Positions 28,596 through 38,156 of a stretch of 64,000 bases of DNA are shown here, piece after piece (within the stretch, counting starts at the first letter, position 1; every line of letters begins with the position of its first letter). The stretch covers positions 1,280,001 through 1,344,000 of the forward strand of contig CBDANS010000006.1 of assembly GCA_965197745.1 (NCBI GenBank), in the 5' to 3' direction. This DNA comes from Opitutales bacterium. Its GTDB lineage: Bacteria; Verrucomicrobiota; Verrucomicrobiia; Opitutales; PNEW01. Made by a program: the position numbers and the translations under genes. The notes beneath the pieces are model-generated. The model saw nothing but the letters and a program-made list of their open reading frames with translations. It searched no databases and was not told the DNA's origin.

Positions 28596-31001
28596 ATGAA
28601 TAAGACCAATAGACAAAGTGAATATAGTTTAACGATCCGTTCCGTAGATGATGGTGTTATAGCAGTCGATTTCCAAGAAGCTTCATTGCCAGCGAACCCC
28701 TCTTTCCTTATCCCAGATGCCAGCGGAGAAGTATTACCTCTGATGCAATCACGAGGTGAAGAGCGGCGGGCAACGACCAATACCCACGATATTTTAATAT
28801 CCGAAGACTCGATAATAATTCGAAGAAAAACAGACAGTGAAATTATATGTGAACTCTGTAATCCCTCGCTTGAAGGAACAGTCGTAAAATGTGATCGCAG
28901 TTATCCTTTTTACGGTATTGGGGCTAATAACTGGAGTGAATCTATTGATCGACGCGGGAAAAAATATTGTGTTCATCACCGTGTAACCCACCAGGGAAAC
29001 AATCATATGCCCTGGGTCTTATCCTCTCAGGGGTTTGGATTATTTTTTGATAGCACTTATCCGATGAGCATTAATCTTGAGGATAATTTTACGGTAAAGG
29101 GAAGTAATATTCGCAGCATTTATTTTATTGACGGCCCATCTCCCGCATTGGCTTTGAAAAAATATGTAAAGTTATCGGGACTTCCACCCATGCATCCGGC
29201 CTGGGCATTGGGGTATGAGCAGAGCTCGCGCACCTGGTTGAACCCGGGCGAGGTGGATTTTGTCACCACCTATTTTCGGAAGAAACATATTCCCTGCGAT
29301 GGATTTGTTTTTTTAAGCACCTATAATGGCAAAGGCACCGTCGGGCGATGGGGTCGAGGTGCTCATGCAGATTATCTGGAAGGGTATCAGGGGTGGAATA
29401 AATTTCAGGATTACAGCAGCTATAATCCCGCACTTTTTCCGGGCGGGAAAGGGGACATTCAGAAACTCATTGAGATGGGATTTCACCTTATAGTTCATAA
29501 TTATTTTGAAGGTGATTTCACCGATCCCGATGATCTGGAGCGGATCTGGAGTGAGCAGAAATTTCTTATCGAAGATGGCTGGGAAGGCTGGTGGCTGGAC
29601 GGCACGGAAACCGCATCCTCTCACAAGGTGATTCATATTCCGCAGCGCGGTAGAGATGAGAAAGCACTTACCGAGGAATTTAAAGATGAATACGACAATA
29701 TCTGGGCGATTCTACGGGCAAAGGGATTCTATGAACGTCAACGCCGAGATTTTCCTGACAAACGCGTTTACATTCTCAATCGAGCTGCCTTTTCGGGTAT
29801 GCAGCGTTACGCGGTGGGGGTGAACCAGGGTGATTACTGGGCCACCTGGAAACTGATGCAGTTGCAAACCCATTGGCTTTTGCATCATGGAACTTCCGGC
29901 GTCATCATGCCTGAGGCCGACATCGGCGGCCATTATGCGCATGAGGAACTGGATGACGAACTTTGCATCCGCTGGGCCTTCCTTGGCGCCTTCACCCCCA
30001 TCATGCGTTCGCATGGTCACAATTGGCGATGCAAATTACCCTGGGGTTTCGGTCCGCAGTATGAAAAAGCATTTACCTCTTTTATTCAGCTGCGGGTATC
30101 ACTTTTCCCCTATAACTATACCTTAATGCATGAAGCTAATCGCGATGGCATGCCCATGATGCGCGCCATGGTTTTAGAATTTCCCAATGACCGTCATACT
30201 CGATCATTGGGGGATCAGTTTATGTGGGGACCTTCTATTCTCGTTGCCCCGATTTATGAAAAAGGCGCGGTAAGTCGGAAGGTATATTTACCGGAAGGGA
30301 ATTGGGTGCATTACTGGACCTTAAAGTGTTATCGCGCTAAAACCGGTTTGAACTCGGATGCTGGAGAGAGCGATGGCCAGTTCGAAAAGCAGGAGGAAGA
30401 ACTGCAGGTTAATTTTGATATAGATGCGCCCCGTGGTCGCGATCCCCTGTTTTTGAAAGCGGGTAGTATAATTCCCTGCCGGGAACCTAGTGACACCATT
30501 CCTTTTCATGGAGAAATAAATCTGATTTTATGGGTTCTTCCAGACAGTCAAGCAGCTGAGTTCGAACTTTATGATGATGATCGAAGATCGTATAAATATG
30601 AGAAAGGTGAGTATTCGAGACAGGAATTTTCCATGAGTGCCTTGAATACATCAGGCGCATTTTCTCTTAAAATTGGAGAGATAAAGGGTGATCATGATGG
30701 GATAGTTCGGGAAAAATCCTATAGTCTGGTAATCCCGAAATCGCTGGTAGCGATTAACAATGTTTCCGTGAACGGTAACCCACTGCCTGTTGAACAAATT
30801 GCGGTTGATGAAGAATCGTTAAAGATTGAACCCCGAGGAACTGATCACTCCCACCCGTCGATACCAAAGTTTGTTCACGAAGGCGCGTTGTCTGCAGAAC
30901 CCTTGTTCCGTGATGCTCCCCCCTGCCTTGAAGATGAAAATAAATACGTGATCCGTTTAGCGCCGACCGGGGAATCAATCGTAGTCAGATTCAATGGGTA
31001 A
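28596..31001 (+). CDS. Glycoside hydrolase family 31
   Basis: PAWALGYEQS, WWLDGTE (nucleophile), QGDY, DIGG, RWAFLGAFTPIMRSHG, GMPMMRAM, QFMWGPSILVAP, LYDDD. ATG 28596 chosen as start. Confidence 0.9.
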   Translation: MNKTNRQSEYSLTIRSVDDGVIAVDFQEASLPANPSFLIPDASGEVLPLMQSRGEERRATTNTHDILISEDSIIIRRKTDSEIICELCNPSLEGTVVKCDRSYPFYGIGANNWSESIDRRGKKYCVHHRVTHQGNNHMPWVLSSQGFGLFFDSTYPMSINLEDNFTVKGSNIRSIYFIDGPSPALALKKYVKLSGLPPMHPAWALGYEQSSRTWLNPGEVDFVTTYFRKKHIPCDGFVFLSTYNGKGTVGRWGRGAHADYLEGYQGWNKFQDYSSYNPALFPGGKGDIQKLIEMGFHLIVHNYFEGDFTDPDDLERIWSEQKFLIEDGWEGWWLDGTETASSHKVIHIPQRGRDEKALTEEFKDEYDNIWAILRAKGFYERQRRDFPDKRVYILNRAAFSGMQRYAVGVNQGDYWATWKLMQLQTHWLLHHGTSGVIMPEADIGGHYAHEELDDELCIRWAFLGAFTPIMRSHGHNWRCKLPWGFGPQYEKAFTSFIQLRVSLFPYNYTLMHEANRDGMPMMRAMVLEFPNDRHTRSLGDQFMWGPSILVAPIYEKGAVSRKVYLPEGNWVHYWTLKCYRAKTGLNSDAGESDGQFEKQEEELQVNFDIDAPRGRDPLFLKAGSIIPCREPSDTIPFHGEINLILWVLPDSQAAEFELYDDDRRSYKYEKGEYSRQEFSMSALNTSGAFSLKIGEIKGDHDGIVREKSYSLVIPKSLVAINNVSVNGNPLPVEQIAVDEESLKIEPRGTDHSHPSIPKFVHEGALSAEPLFRDAPPCLEDENKYVIRLAPTGESIVVRFNG

Positions 31002-31017
31002 ATGTAGATTGAAGTAT

Positions 31018-31902
31018 TTATGCCTCTTTTGGCCGCACCTTTATTATCGGGTTGTTGAGCCTTAATCCGCAGACTCCCGTATTATCAAATCTGTGCACCA
31101 CAAGGTTGTCCAACGAAGCGGCAAGAAGTATATCGCGATTGGGTCCCGCAAAAGCGACATCAGTCGGTCCCCGTAACGCTTCGCCTTTCCAATCTTCAGC
31201 GAAACATTTCAGTTCGCCGGTTAGCTCATTGAATACATAGATCGCGTCCGGCCGATGGCAGGCAATCCAAATGCGTTCTTCTGCATCAAAAGCGATGCCG
31301 TCTGGAATGCATCGGGGCATGTGCACGACACGCTCATAAGCGCCAGCCGTGCCATCCCTGTTAATAGCTATTTTGGCGATACTATTGCCATAGGTTTCTA
31401 CGAAGTAAAGATACTGTTCATTGGCGTCCAGTGCTATTGCGTTTGGGGTATTGACCGCTTCGGGATACCAGAGTTGGGCGGTGCCGCCACCGGGGGCAAT
31501 TTTATAAATATGCCCGTTAATCTGATCGGACCAGTCACCGCTGTCCGACAGATACATGTTACCGTCTCGATCAAATGCCGGATAATTGGTACAAAGAAAA
31601 TTTTTGCCGCCGGGGCCGGAGGCATAAGAGCTCTCTTCACCGTCGGGGGTAATCCGAATTACTTTACCCGAGGTATCGGCGCAGTATATATTTCCATCCG
31701 CATCGATCACCTGTCCAAGCATCCGTCGGGGCGCGGTCGAGGCGAACTGGGCAGCGGTATTGGTTTTCAAATCCAGGCGATAGACCTGGCCCCCGGTACC
31801 GGTGGTGTAAGCTTCTCCCTGATGTCCGATGGATATTGATTCGGGGTGGTCGACTCCACGTATATGGACAATAGCATTTAAATCGAAGGGATGAACTGAC
31901 AT
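31018..31902 (-). CDS. SMP-30/gluconolactonase family protein
   Basis: DHPES, NYPAFD..GNMYLSDSG, PNAIAL, PDGIAFD, PTDVAFAG. Confidence 0.88.
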   Translation of the reverse strand: MSVHPFDLNAIVHIRGVDHPESISIGHQGEAYTTGTGGQVYRLDLKTNTAAQFASTAPRRMLGQVIDADGNIYCADTSGKVIRITPDGEESSYASGPGGKNFLCTNYPAFDRDGNMYLSDSGDWSDQINGHIYKIAPGGGTAQLWYPEAVNTPNAIALDANEQYLYFVETYGNSIAKIAINRDGTAGAYERVVHMPRCIPDGIAFDAEERIWIACHRPDAIYVFNELTGELKCFAEDWKGEALRGPTDVAFAGPNRDILLAASLDNLVVHRFDNTGVCGLRLNNPIIKVRPKEA

Positions 31903-31926
31903 AATAATAGGGTTTTAGGAATGCGG

Positions 31927-32802
31927 CTATCGTTGCGGTGCCTGAGAAGAATAGTGATTGCTTATACTTTCTTTCGCCATGTCTTGCCAGTGGTGTTGCG
32001 GACTCCAGCCAAGTATTTGCTTTATTTTGTGGCAACTCACGAGACCGGTACGGTCGGGGAGATCTCCTCGAATGTCTTTAATGTGAGAAAACCCTTTTTC
32101 AATTAATTGACGTGTTGGGGTGGTAACACAGACGTCATCCGCGGCAATATTGAAAGTATTGAAACCTGATTCTTTCGAAGTCACCCAGGCAAGGCAGGCG
32201 GTAGCGACATCGCGGGCATCGATATATGACCAGAGAGTGTTCTCTGCGGCTGCATCATTTTCGGTGTATCGGCGGAAACGCCATTCATAAGATTCTTCAT
32301 AGACAATTCGCTGCGGTCGCAATGCGGCAATGGCGATACCATGCCAACGCGAATAATGACTGGCCAGGGTCTCAAGGTTTTGCTTCACCGCACCATAGAT
32401 ACTGTATGGGTTGGCGGGTGTGTCCTCATCAATAGGCAGGTAGGGCACATCGTAAACGTCGCCGTAAATTTCCGGACTGCTGGCCAGTACCACTCTCGGG
32501 ATTCCCAGGTTTGCTGCCGCTTGAAGAACGTGATAACCACCCAATGCGAGATTTCGATAGGCAGTTTCCCACGCGGTCAATGAATCCGAGGGATAACTGC
32601 CAAAGTGGACGACCGCATCGGCTCCCGTGAAGACATCGTGGACAGCTGCTCCATCTTCCAAATTAACCTGCCGATAATCACTCTCCGCGAATTCACAGGG
32701 TTTCAAATCTACACCGGTAACTTCATGTCCGGCTTCGCGAAAGACCTTTACTATCGAGGGTCCGGTACCTCCTTTTGCGCCGGTAATTATTACTTTTCCC
32801 AT
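31927..32802 (-). CDS. NAD-dependent epimerase/dehydratase (extended SDR, uronate dehydrogenase-like)
   Basis: ITGAKGGTG, ASS, YGAVK (YxxxK), YIDARDVA. Confidence 0.85.
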   Translation of the reverse strand: MGKVIITGAKGGTGPSIVKVFREAGHEVTGVDLKPCEFAESDYRQVNLEDGAAVHDVFTGADAVVHFGSYPSDSLTAWETAYRNLALGGYHVLQAAANLGIPRVVLASSPEIYGDVYDVPYLPIDEDTPANPYSIYGAVKQNLETLASHYSRWHGIAIAALRPQRIVYEESYEWRFRRYTENDAAAENTLWSYIDARDVATACLAWVTSKESGFNTFNIAADDVCVTTPTRQLIEKGFSHIKDIRGDLPDRTGLVSCHKIKQILGWSPQHHWQDMAKESISNHYSSQAPQR

Positions 32803-32839
32803 TTCCTCTTCCCTGGTTTAGAACTGACTTATATATAAA

Positions 32840-34009
32840 TTATAAAAGAGGGGTTGAACCGTCGGACTGGACGTATCGCAGTTCCTTAATCGGCTCATGG
32901 GGGCGTGAACGCACTTGTTCCATATCGAGTTCCACTCCGAGTCCGGGGCGTTCTTGCAGGTCGTTTATATCAATGTGGCCGTCGGTCACGGGCACATTCT
33001 GTATTTGAATTCGGTCAAACCAGGGTTGAAGCGGACAATGTTCAAGGATCAGAAAATTCTGTATAGCCGCAGCCACGTGAGCGCAAGCGGCCAGGGCGAC
33101 AGGACCGTAGGGATTGTGCGGGGCTATCTCGATACCATATACTTCGGCATAGTGGGCAATCTTAACGAGTTCACTGATTCCACCGATGTGACAGGGATCA
33201 GCCTGACAAACATCAATTGCCTGTTGCTCAAACCATGGACGGAAATCCCAACGCGTTATTTGTCGTTCACCCAGAGCGATCTTCATATCTGGAAATTCTT
33301 TTTTCAGAAGAAGGGTCGGCTCAATATTATCTTGATTCGTTGGCTCCTCAACAAAAAGCATGTTCAGAGGACGAAGTCCGCGCATTAAATAGTCAGCAGC
33401 CTGTAAATCAAATTGACCGGCGGCATCTATCATCAGGGCTACATCAGGACCGAATAACTGGCGTAGCAGGGTATGTTCCTCAATCGCATTTGTCGCTTGC
33501 TCTCGCATGTCGTAGGGGTCTGTTCTTGTGCCCCAACCATGCTTGAATGCGTTGAAGCCCATCTTCATTGATGCCTGGGCCGCCTCTTCGAGGGTGGAAC
33601 CATAAAATTCGGGACCGTAGCGTATGTAGCAGCGAATTTTTTCTCTCACTTTACCGCCAAGGAGTTTGAATACGGGCAGTCCGGCCTTTTTCCCGGCGAT
33701 ATCCCACAATGCCTGATCGATTCCACTCATCGCGCTGGTGTGAACAACCCCCCGGCGCCACCAGAAATCGCGATAACCTAATTGCCAGATGCGTTCGATA
33801 TCAGTTGGATCCATACCGAGTAATCGCGGTTTCAGCTCCGATTCAATTTGCGCTTTAACCGCCATTTCGTGGTATTCAGTTGTTGCTTCACCGATGCCGG
33901 TGATTCCTTCGTCTGTCTCTATCTCCACGAATATCCAATTGCGGCAAACGCCGGGACCATCGGGTCGCGGCACACTCATCACATGACAGCGGATATCGTT
34001 TATCTTCAT
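32840..34009 (-). CDS. Enolase-superfamily acid-sugar dehydratase (galactonate dehydratase-like)
   Basis: IETDEGITGIGE, SGIDQALWDIAGK, LLGGKVR, FVEEP, LGER, PHNP, PGLGVE. Confidence 0.88.
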   Translation of the reverse strand: MKINDIRCHVMSVPRPDGPGVCRNWIFVEIETDEGITGIGEATTEYHEMAVKAQIESELKPRLLGMDPTDIERIWQLGYRDFWWRRGVVHTSAMSGIDQALWDIAGKKAGLPVFKLLGGKVREKIRCYIRYGPEFYGSTLEEAAQASMKMGFNAFKHGWGTRTDPYDMREQATNAIEEHTLLRQLFGPDVALMIDAAGQFDLQAADYLMRGLRPLNMLFVEEPTNQDNIEPTLLLKKEFPDMKIALGERQITRWDFRPWFEQQAIDVCQADPCHIGGISELVKIAHYAEVYGIEIAPHNPYGPVALAACAHVAAAIQNFLILEHCPLQPWFDRIQIQNVPVTDGHIDINDLQERPGLGVELDMEQVRSRPHEPIKELRYVQSDGSTPLL

Positions 34010-34220
34010 GGGGCTACTCGTAGTGGTTGACTCTCTCTAATCGAAAAAGTTTGTCAAACACAGCTAATCATTCACCCCTATTGCGGTGGTTTTCTGTTTA
34101 AGAAATAGTATTGTCTAACTGAATGTTGCGGCGGGACCGGCCCCTTTGTCGTGATGATGAAAATAAGGGGTTATTCCGACTGACGCTGGTCGAAGAGTCA
34201 CTCGAAATAAATTTCATATC

Positions 34221-34892
34221 CTAATTCTTATGGGCTTCAATTCGCTCGCGGTCCTGCGCGGTGAGATGGGGCTGAACTTTCTCCGCGAATTCACTTACGG
34301 AATCCTCAATCGATGCCTTACTGGTATCGAGTTTTACGGTAGGACCTAATGTGGATCTCGCCACCCCTTCTTCAAATAACTTAAGGACTTCATCAATATC
34401 CTTTTCCTGCATCACCGCGTTCTCGCGATTGTTTTCCTTCATCCGCTGCCTGAGCACATCCGATTCTGCGATCAAATGAACAATGATAACCGGGTCAGAT
34501 GTAACTTCCTTAATTAATTCTTCGATATGATCAAAAAAGAATTCCCTTCTATTAAAAAATTCATCTGGGAGTCCAAATCCGAAGTAAAGCGGGGCGTAGA
34601 CGGCGTCTTCGATGTGCAAGCCGATGTCCAGATTATCTACCGCACGGTAATGCTGGACATGATAGTGGAGACTGTAGCGCGAGTACATCTCTTTTAGTTT
34701 AGGCGTCATAGCAAGGACCATCTTCTGCTCTTCAGGTGTCGTATCGTCAGGGTGACCCGAGACACGGGGGATCTTAAAATGATCGTGAATATGCGTGAAG
34801 CCGCATCCCATTTCATTTTCTTTCCATTTATGGAAGGCGTTGGCCAAAGTAGTGGTCCCAGTAAACTCGGCACCGACGATAAGCAGTTTCAT
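34221..34892 (-). CDS. Hypothetical P-loop-like protein of the nucleoside monophosphate kinase fold
   Basis: N-terminal LLIVGAEFTGTTTLA (Walker A-like), HLIA..VLRQRM lid region, LDTS. Confidence 0.65.
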   Translation of the reverse strand: MKLLIVGAEFTGTTTLANAFHKWKENEMGCGFTHIHDHFKIPRVSGHPDDTTPEEQKMVLAMTPKLKEMYSRYSLHYHVQHYRAVDNLDIGLHIEDAVYAPLYFGFGLPDEFFNRREFFFDHIEELIKEVTSDPVIIVHLIAESDVLRQRMKENNRENAVMQEKDIDEVLKLFEEGVARSTLGPTVKLDTSKASIEDSVSEFAEKVQPHLTAQDRERIEAHKN

Positions 34893-34931
34893 GATAGGCT
34901 CTCTCTTTGAGGATTATAGAATTAAAAACGA

Positions 34932-35990
34932 TCAGTTACTTTCAGCAATTTTAGTTGCGAGCGCACATATTGAAGTGGCGGCCGAATCTATGTCCGCTTC
35001 GGAAATTCCCAGATAGGGAATGGCGCGAATGATAGTCCGTTCCGGACTACTGACCCGAACCCCATGTTCATCGAGGAGACGATCAGCGAACGCTCTCGAT
35101 GATAGTCCGGTTCCCTTCACATCGAACCTGCACATATTAGTTTCCACCGCTTCGGGATCTATGGCAATACCCGGCGCATGACAAATTAGTTCGGCTAATT
35201 TTTTTGCATTGCGGTGGTCATCGGCCAGTCGTTCGACATTATGCTCAAGAGCGTAAATTCCAGCCGCGGCGATGATGCCCGATTGACGCATGGCTCCACC
35301 GATTCGCTGTTTCCACTGCCAGGCTTCATGGATAAATGCCTTGGATCCCGCTAAGGCTCCTCCTACCGGTGCGCCTAATCCTTTACTGAAGTCGATCCAG
35401 GCCGAATCAAAAGGGGCCGCGTATTCAGCTGCCGATATGCCTGTGGCCACCGTAGCATTCAGAAGCCGCGCGCCATCCATATGACAGTAAGCGTCGTGTT
35501 CACGTACTTTAGCGCAAACTGATTTCATCTGTTCTAAAGGCCAAATACGCCCTCCCGGTCGGTTTGTTGTCTGTTCAATTGATACGACCTGGACGGGAGA
35601 CTGGTATCGACTTGTGGGAGCGATTGCCTCGTCAACCTGTTCGGCGGTGAACTGGCCATTCTTTCCGTCAATGGGGTAGAGTACCGCGCCTGCGAGGACC
35701 GCAGAACCTCCCGCTTCAGAGATGAGGGGATGCGCTGACCTGTCCAGTATAATAAAGTTGCCCGGCCGACAATGGACCGCTAGCGCAATTTGATTACACA
35801 TCGTTCCGGAGGGAAGAAATAAAGCCGCTTCTTTGCCCAGCAATTCGGCGACCATCTCCTGCAATTTATTAACTGTTGGATCCTCGCCTCTCTGCTCATC
35901 GCCAACTTCAGCGGCGCACATGAATTCCCGCATCCCCTTTGTCGGTTTTGTCGCTGTATCACTGTAAAGATCTATGCGCACTGACGCCAT
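34932..35990 (-). CDS. ltaE: Low-specificity L-threonine aldolase
   Basis: IDLYSDT, GDE..GEDPTV, PSGTMCN, HMDGARL, FSKGLGAPVG (PLP Lys), GGAMRQSG. Confidence 0.9.
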   Translation of the reverse strand: MASVRIDLYSDTATKPTKGMREFMCAAEVGDEQRGEDPTVNKLQEMVAELLGKEAALFLPSGTMCNQIALAVHCRPGNFIILDRSAHPLISEAGGSAVLAGAVLYPIDGKNGQFTAEQVDEAIAPTSRYQSPVQVVSIEQTTNRPGGRIWPLEQMKSVCAKVREHDAYCHMDGARLLNATVATGISAAEYAAPFDSAWIDFSKGLGAPVGGALAGSKAFIHEAWQWKQRIGGAMRQSGIIAAAGIYALEHNVERLADDHRNAKKLAELICHAPGIAIDPEAVETNMCRFDVKGTGLSSRAFADRLLDEHGVRVSSPERTIIRAIPYLGISEADIDSAATSICALATKIAESN

Positions 35991-36133
35991 GTATAGGTTT
36001 CTCCCGTGGTTCTTTTCATTATCGATTTTAAAGTAAAAATATTACGAGGCTATTGTTTTATTGATAGGTCTACTCGCAACCAGCGTTTTATCTGATGCTG
36101 TAATCCATTCATGCGGTGTGGGAATGGAACAGT

Positions 36134-37081
36134 TTATCCAATAGGCGTAACCACAGGTTCAACTTTTTTCGCTGCGAAATCGAAAAAACCTATCTCGGTC
36201 AGATCTTTTTCGAGTTTACTATACTGCTCTGCGGTTATGGGTTGAGAAGGGGGACGTGCCGGTCCACAGTTTACACCCAGCATTTTCATTACGGCTTTCA
36301 TCGTCGTTTGCCCGGATGAACTAGAGCGCCACATAGTCTGATACATCTTCATCGCGTCGAGTTGTTTTTCGCGAGCAACATCCAGATCACCTCGATTAAA
36401 ACTGTCGATGATCTCATTGTACAAAGGGCCGGCAAAATTATAGGAGCCGCCTATTGATCCCTTGCCGCCTAATACTAAACTGCATAATAAAAACGAATCA
36501 ATACCAAAGAGGACGCCATACTGTCCGCCATCAAATTGCCGGCAAAGTTGATATTCCATCATATTAGAAGAAGTGAATTTGAGACCGCAAAAATTGGGTA
36601 TCTTTCCGCGAGCGGCTTCCAGGAAATCGATCATATTAATAGAGACTCCGGTCATGCCGGGAATATAGTAGTAATAGAAGGGAAGCTCAGGCGCGGATGC
36701 CGCAATTTGGGCACAATAGTCAACGAGCGCATCCGCGTTGTTGGGTTTAAAGAAAGTAGAGCTATGAGCGCCAATTCCCCAGGCCCCAGCTTTCTGGGCA
36801 TGCGCGGCGAGCGCTTTTGCGGCGACGATACTATTGTGTCCGACATGTACGAGTACCGTAAAGTCTTCCGGCGCGACTTCAACCCAACGGCTGGTGATCG
36901 CCATGCGTTCCTCTGTGGTTAAGGATAAGCTTTCTCCCGATGTTCCACACAGAAATGCGCCATTTATCCCGTTGTCATTGAAAAACGTGGCCAGGGTTTC
37001 AATCCTGTCGAGATTGACGCTATAGTCAGCATTAAAGGGCGTTACAGAGGGGACAATGAGTCCATTTAGTTGAGTTTTCAT
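36134..37081 (-). CDS. nanA: DHDPS-family aldolase, N-acetylneuraminate lyase-like
   Basis: TPF, CGTSGE, YYYIPGMTG, GLKFT (Schiff-base Lys), GIDS, GGSYN. Substrate is inferred. Confidence 0.72.
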   Translation of the reverse strand: MKTQLNGLIVPSVTPFNADYSVNLDRIETLATFFNDNGINGAFLCGTSGESLSLTTEERMAITSRWVEVAPEDFTVLVHVGHNSIVAAKALAAHAQKAGAWGIGAHSSTFFKPNNADALVDYCAQIAASAPELPFYYYYIPGMTGVSINMIDFLEAARGKIPNFCGLKFTSSNMMEYQLCRQFDGGQYGVLFGIDSFLLCSLVLGGKGSIGGSYNFAGPLYNEIIDSFNRGDLDVAREKQLDAMKMYQTMWRSSSSGQTTMKAVMKMLGVNCGPARPPSQPITAEQYSKLEKDLTEIGFFDFAAKKVEPVVTPIG

Positions 37082-37150
37082 TGTTTTAAATATTACAACC
37101 GACAGTTTGTATTGGGGTGAGAAATGATGATTTTAAATAAGAATTATTCA

Positions 37151-38014
37151 TTAGTGCCTACGGTCCCAGCGACTGGGGTTGATTCCCGGCGCGTCGTGAG
37201 CCATGTGGTCCGGTTTATTCGGATTATCATGCATCCAGATGCGGGTATTAGGATCACCCAGGATGGCCTGGATCTCAGGGGATAGCCTGGCCACCTTGGC
37301 GGCGTCTCTTGTCTCAATCTCACCAGCGGGTCCGGCCCATGAGGGACGGTAAGCAATAGCGAGCATTTCACGGGGTCGATCTCCTATATTCGGAAAGTTA
37401 CCGTGGAAAACATTCTGATTAATAAAGACGGCCGATCCTGCCTTGCATGTAACCATTAACTGTTCGGGGTGCTCTTCATAGCGCAGGTAGGGATTGCCTT
37501 CATTATGAAAGCTGAGATGTGACCTGGGGAGAACACGAAAAGGAGAGACCTTCGGGGTTAAGTCATCCAGATAGTAGAGGACCCGGATTAATCGGGGACA
37601 GCTGAACCGATAGCCGAATATTTTTGAACTCCACGGCTGCCCATCTGAGTGCAGACTGATGCCGGGGTGACCCGGTTCAGATCGCGCGTAACTATAACTC
37701 ATCAATATAACCTCGTCCCCAAACATCACTTTGAGGAAGTCAATGGTTGGCGGATGAGCGATCAGCTTGGAAATTTCACCCCCGAGGAACATGACTTCTT
37801 CTTCAGCGACCTGTTGTTTCTCGCTGTAATCAACCCTGCAGGTGTTTATTGCTTTCGTTTCCGCTTTAAGGTTTTTGATAAGTTCCGGGCTGAGCAGATC
37901 AGGTATCACCAGGTAGCCTTCCACTTCGATATGCCTGATACGTTCACCCAGGGTCAAAGGGCCCCAGTCAGTATCTGCCATGCGAGCTTCCATTTGAGTT
38001 TTTGTCATAATCAC
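37151..38014 (-). CDS. PhyH-family Fe(II)/2OG dioxygenase
   Basis: EVEGY, LHSDG, YYLDD, PRSH, VFHGN, PRE. Confidence 0.85.
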   Translation of the reverse strand: MIMTKTQMEARMADTDWGPLTLGERIRHIEVEGYLVIPDLLSPELIKNLKAETKAINTCRVDYSEKQQVAEEEVMFLGGEISKLIAHPPTIDFLKVMFGDEVILMSYSYARSEPGHPGISLHSDGQPWSSKIFGYRFSCPRLIRVLYYLDDLTPKVSPFRVLPRSHLSFHNEGNPYLRYEEHPEQLMVTCKAGSAVFINQNVFHGNFPNIGDRPREMLAIAYRPSWAGPAGEIETRDAAKVARLSPEIQAILGDPNTRIWMHDNPNKPDHMAHDAPGINPSRWDRRH

Positions 38015-38156
38015 CCTATGAATTGATATTTATCATTGGATTGTAGATTTATTACCTTAAATTCTGAAATTACTTTCGGGTGTGTAGAGCGCAAGAACTT
38101 CTTCTAATATTTATGAGATATGTCCTACCGATCAATGCGCTCACCTCGCTTATAGT

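Noticed and set aside
28596..31001. GH31 as a sulfoquinovosidase
   Set aside because: The nucleophile motif is WWLDGTE rather than the WMADFGE typical of YihQ-type enzymes.
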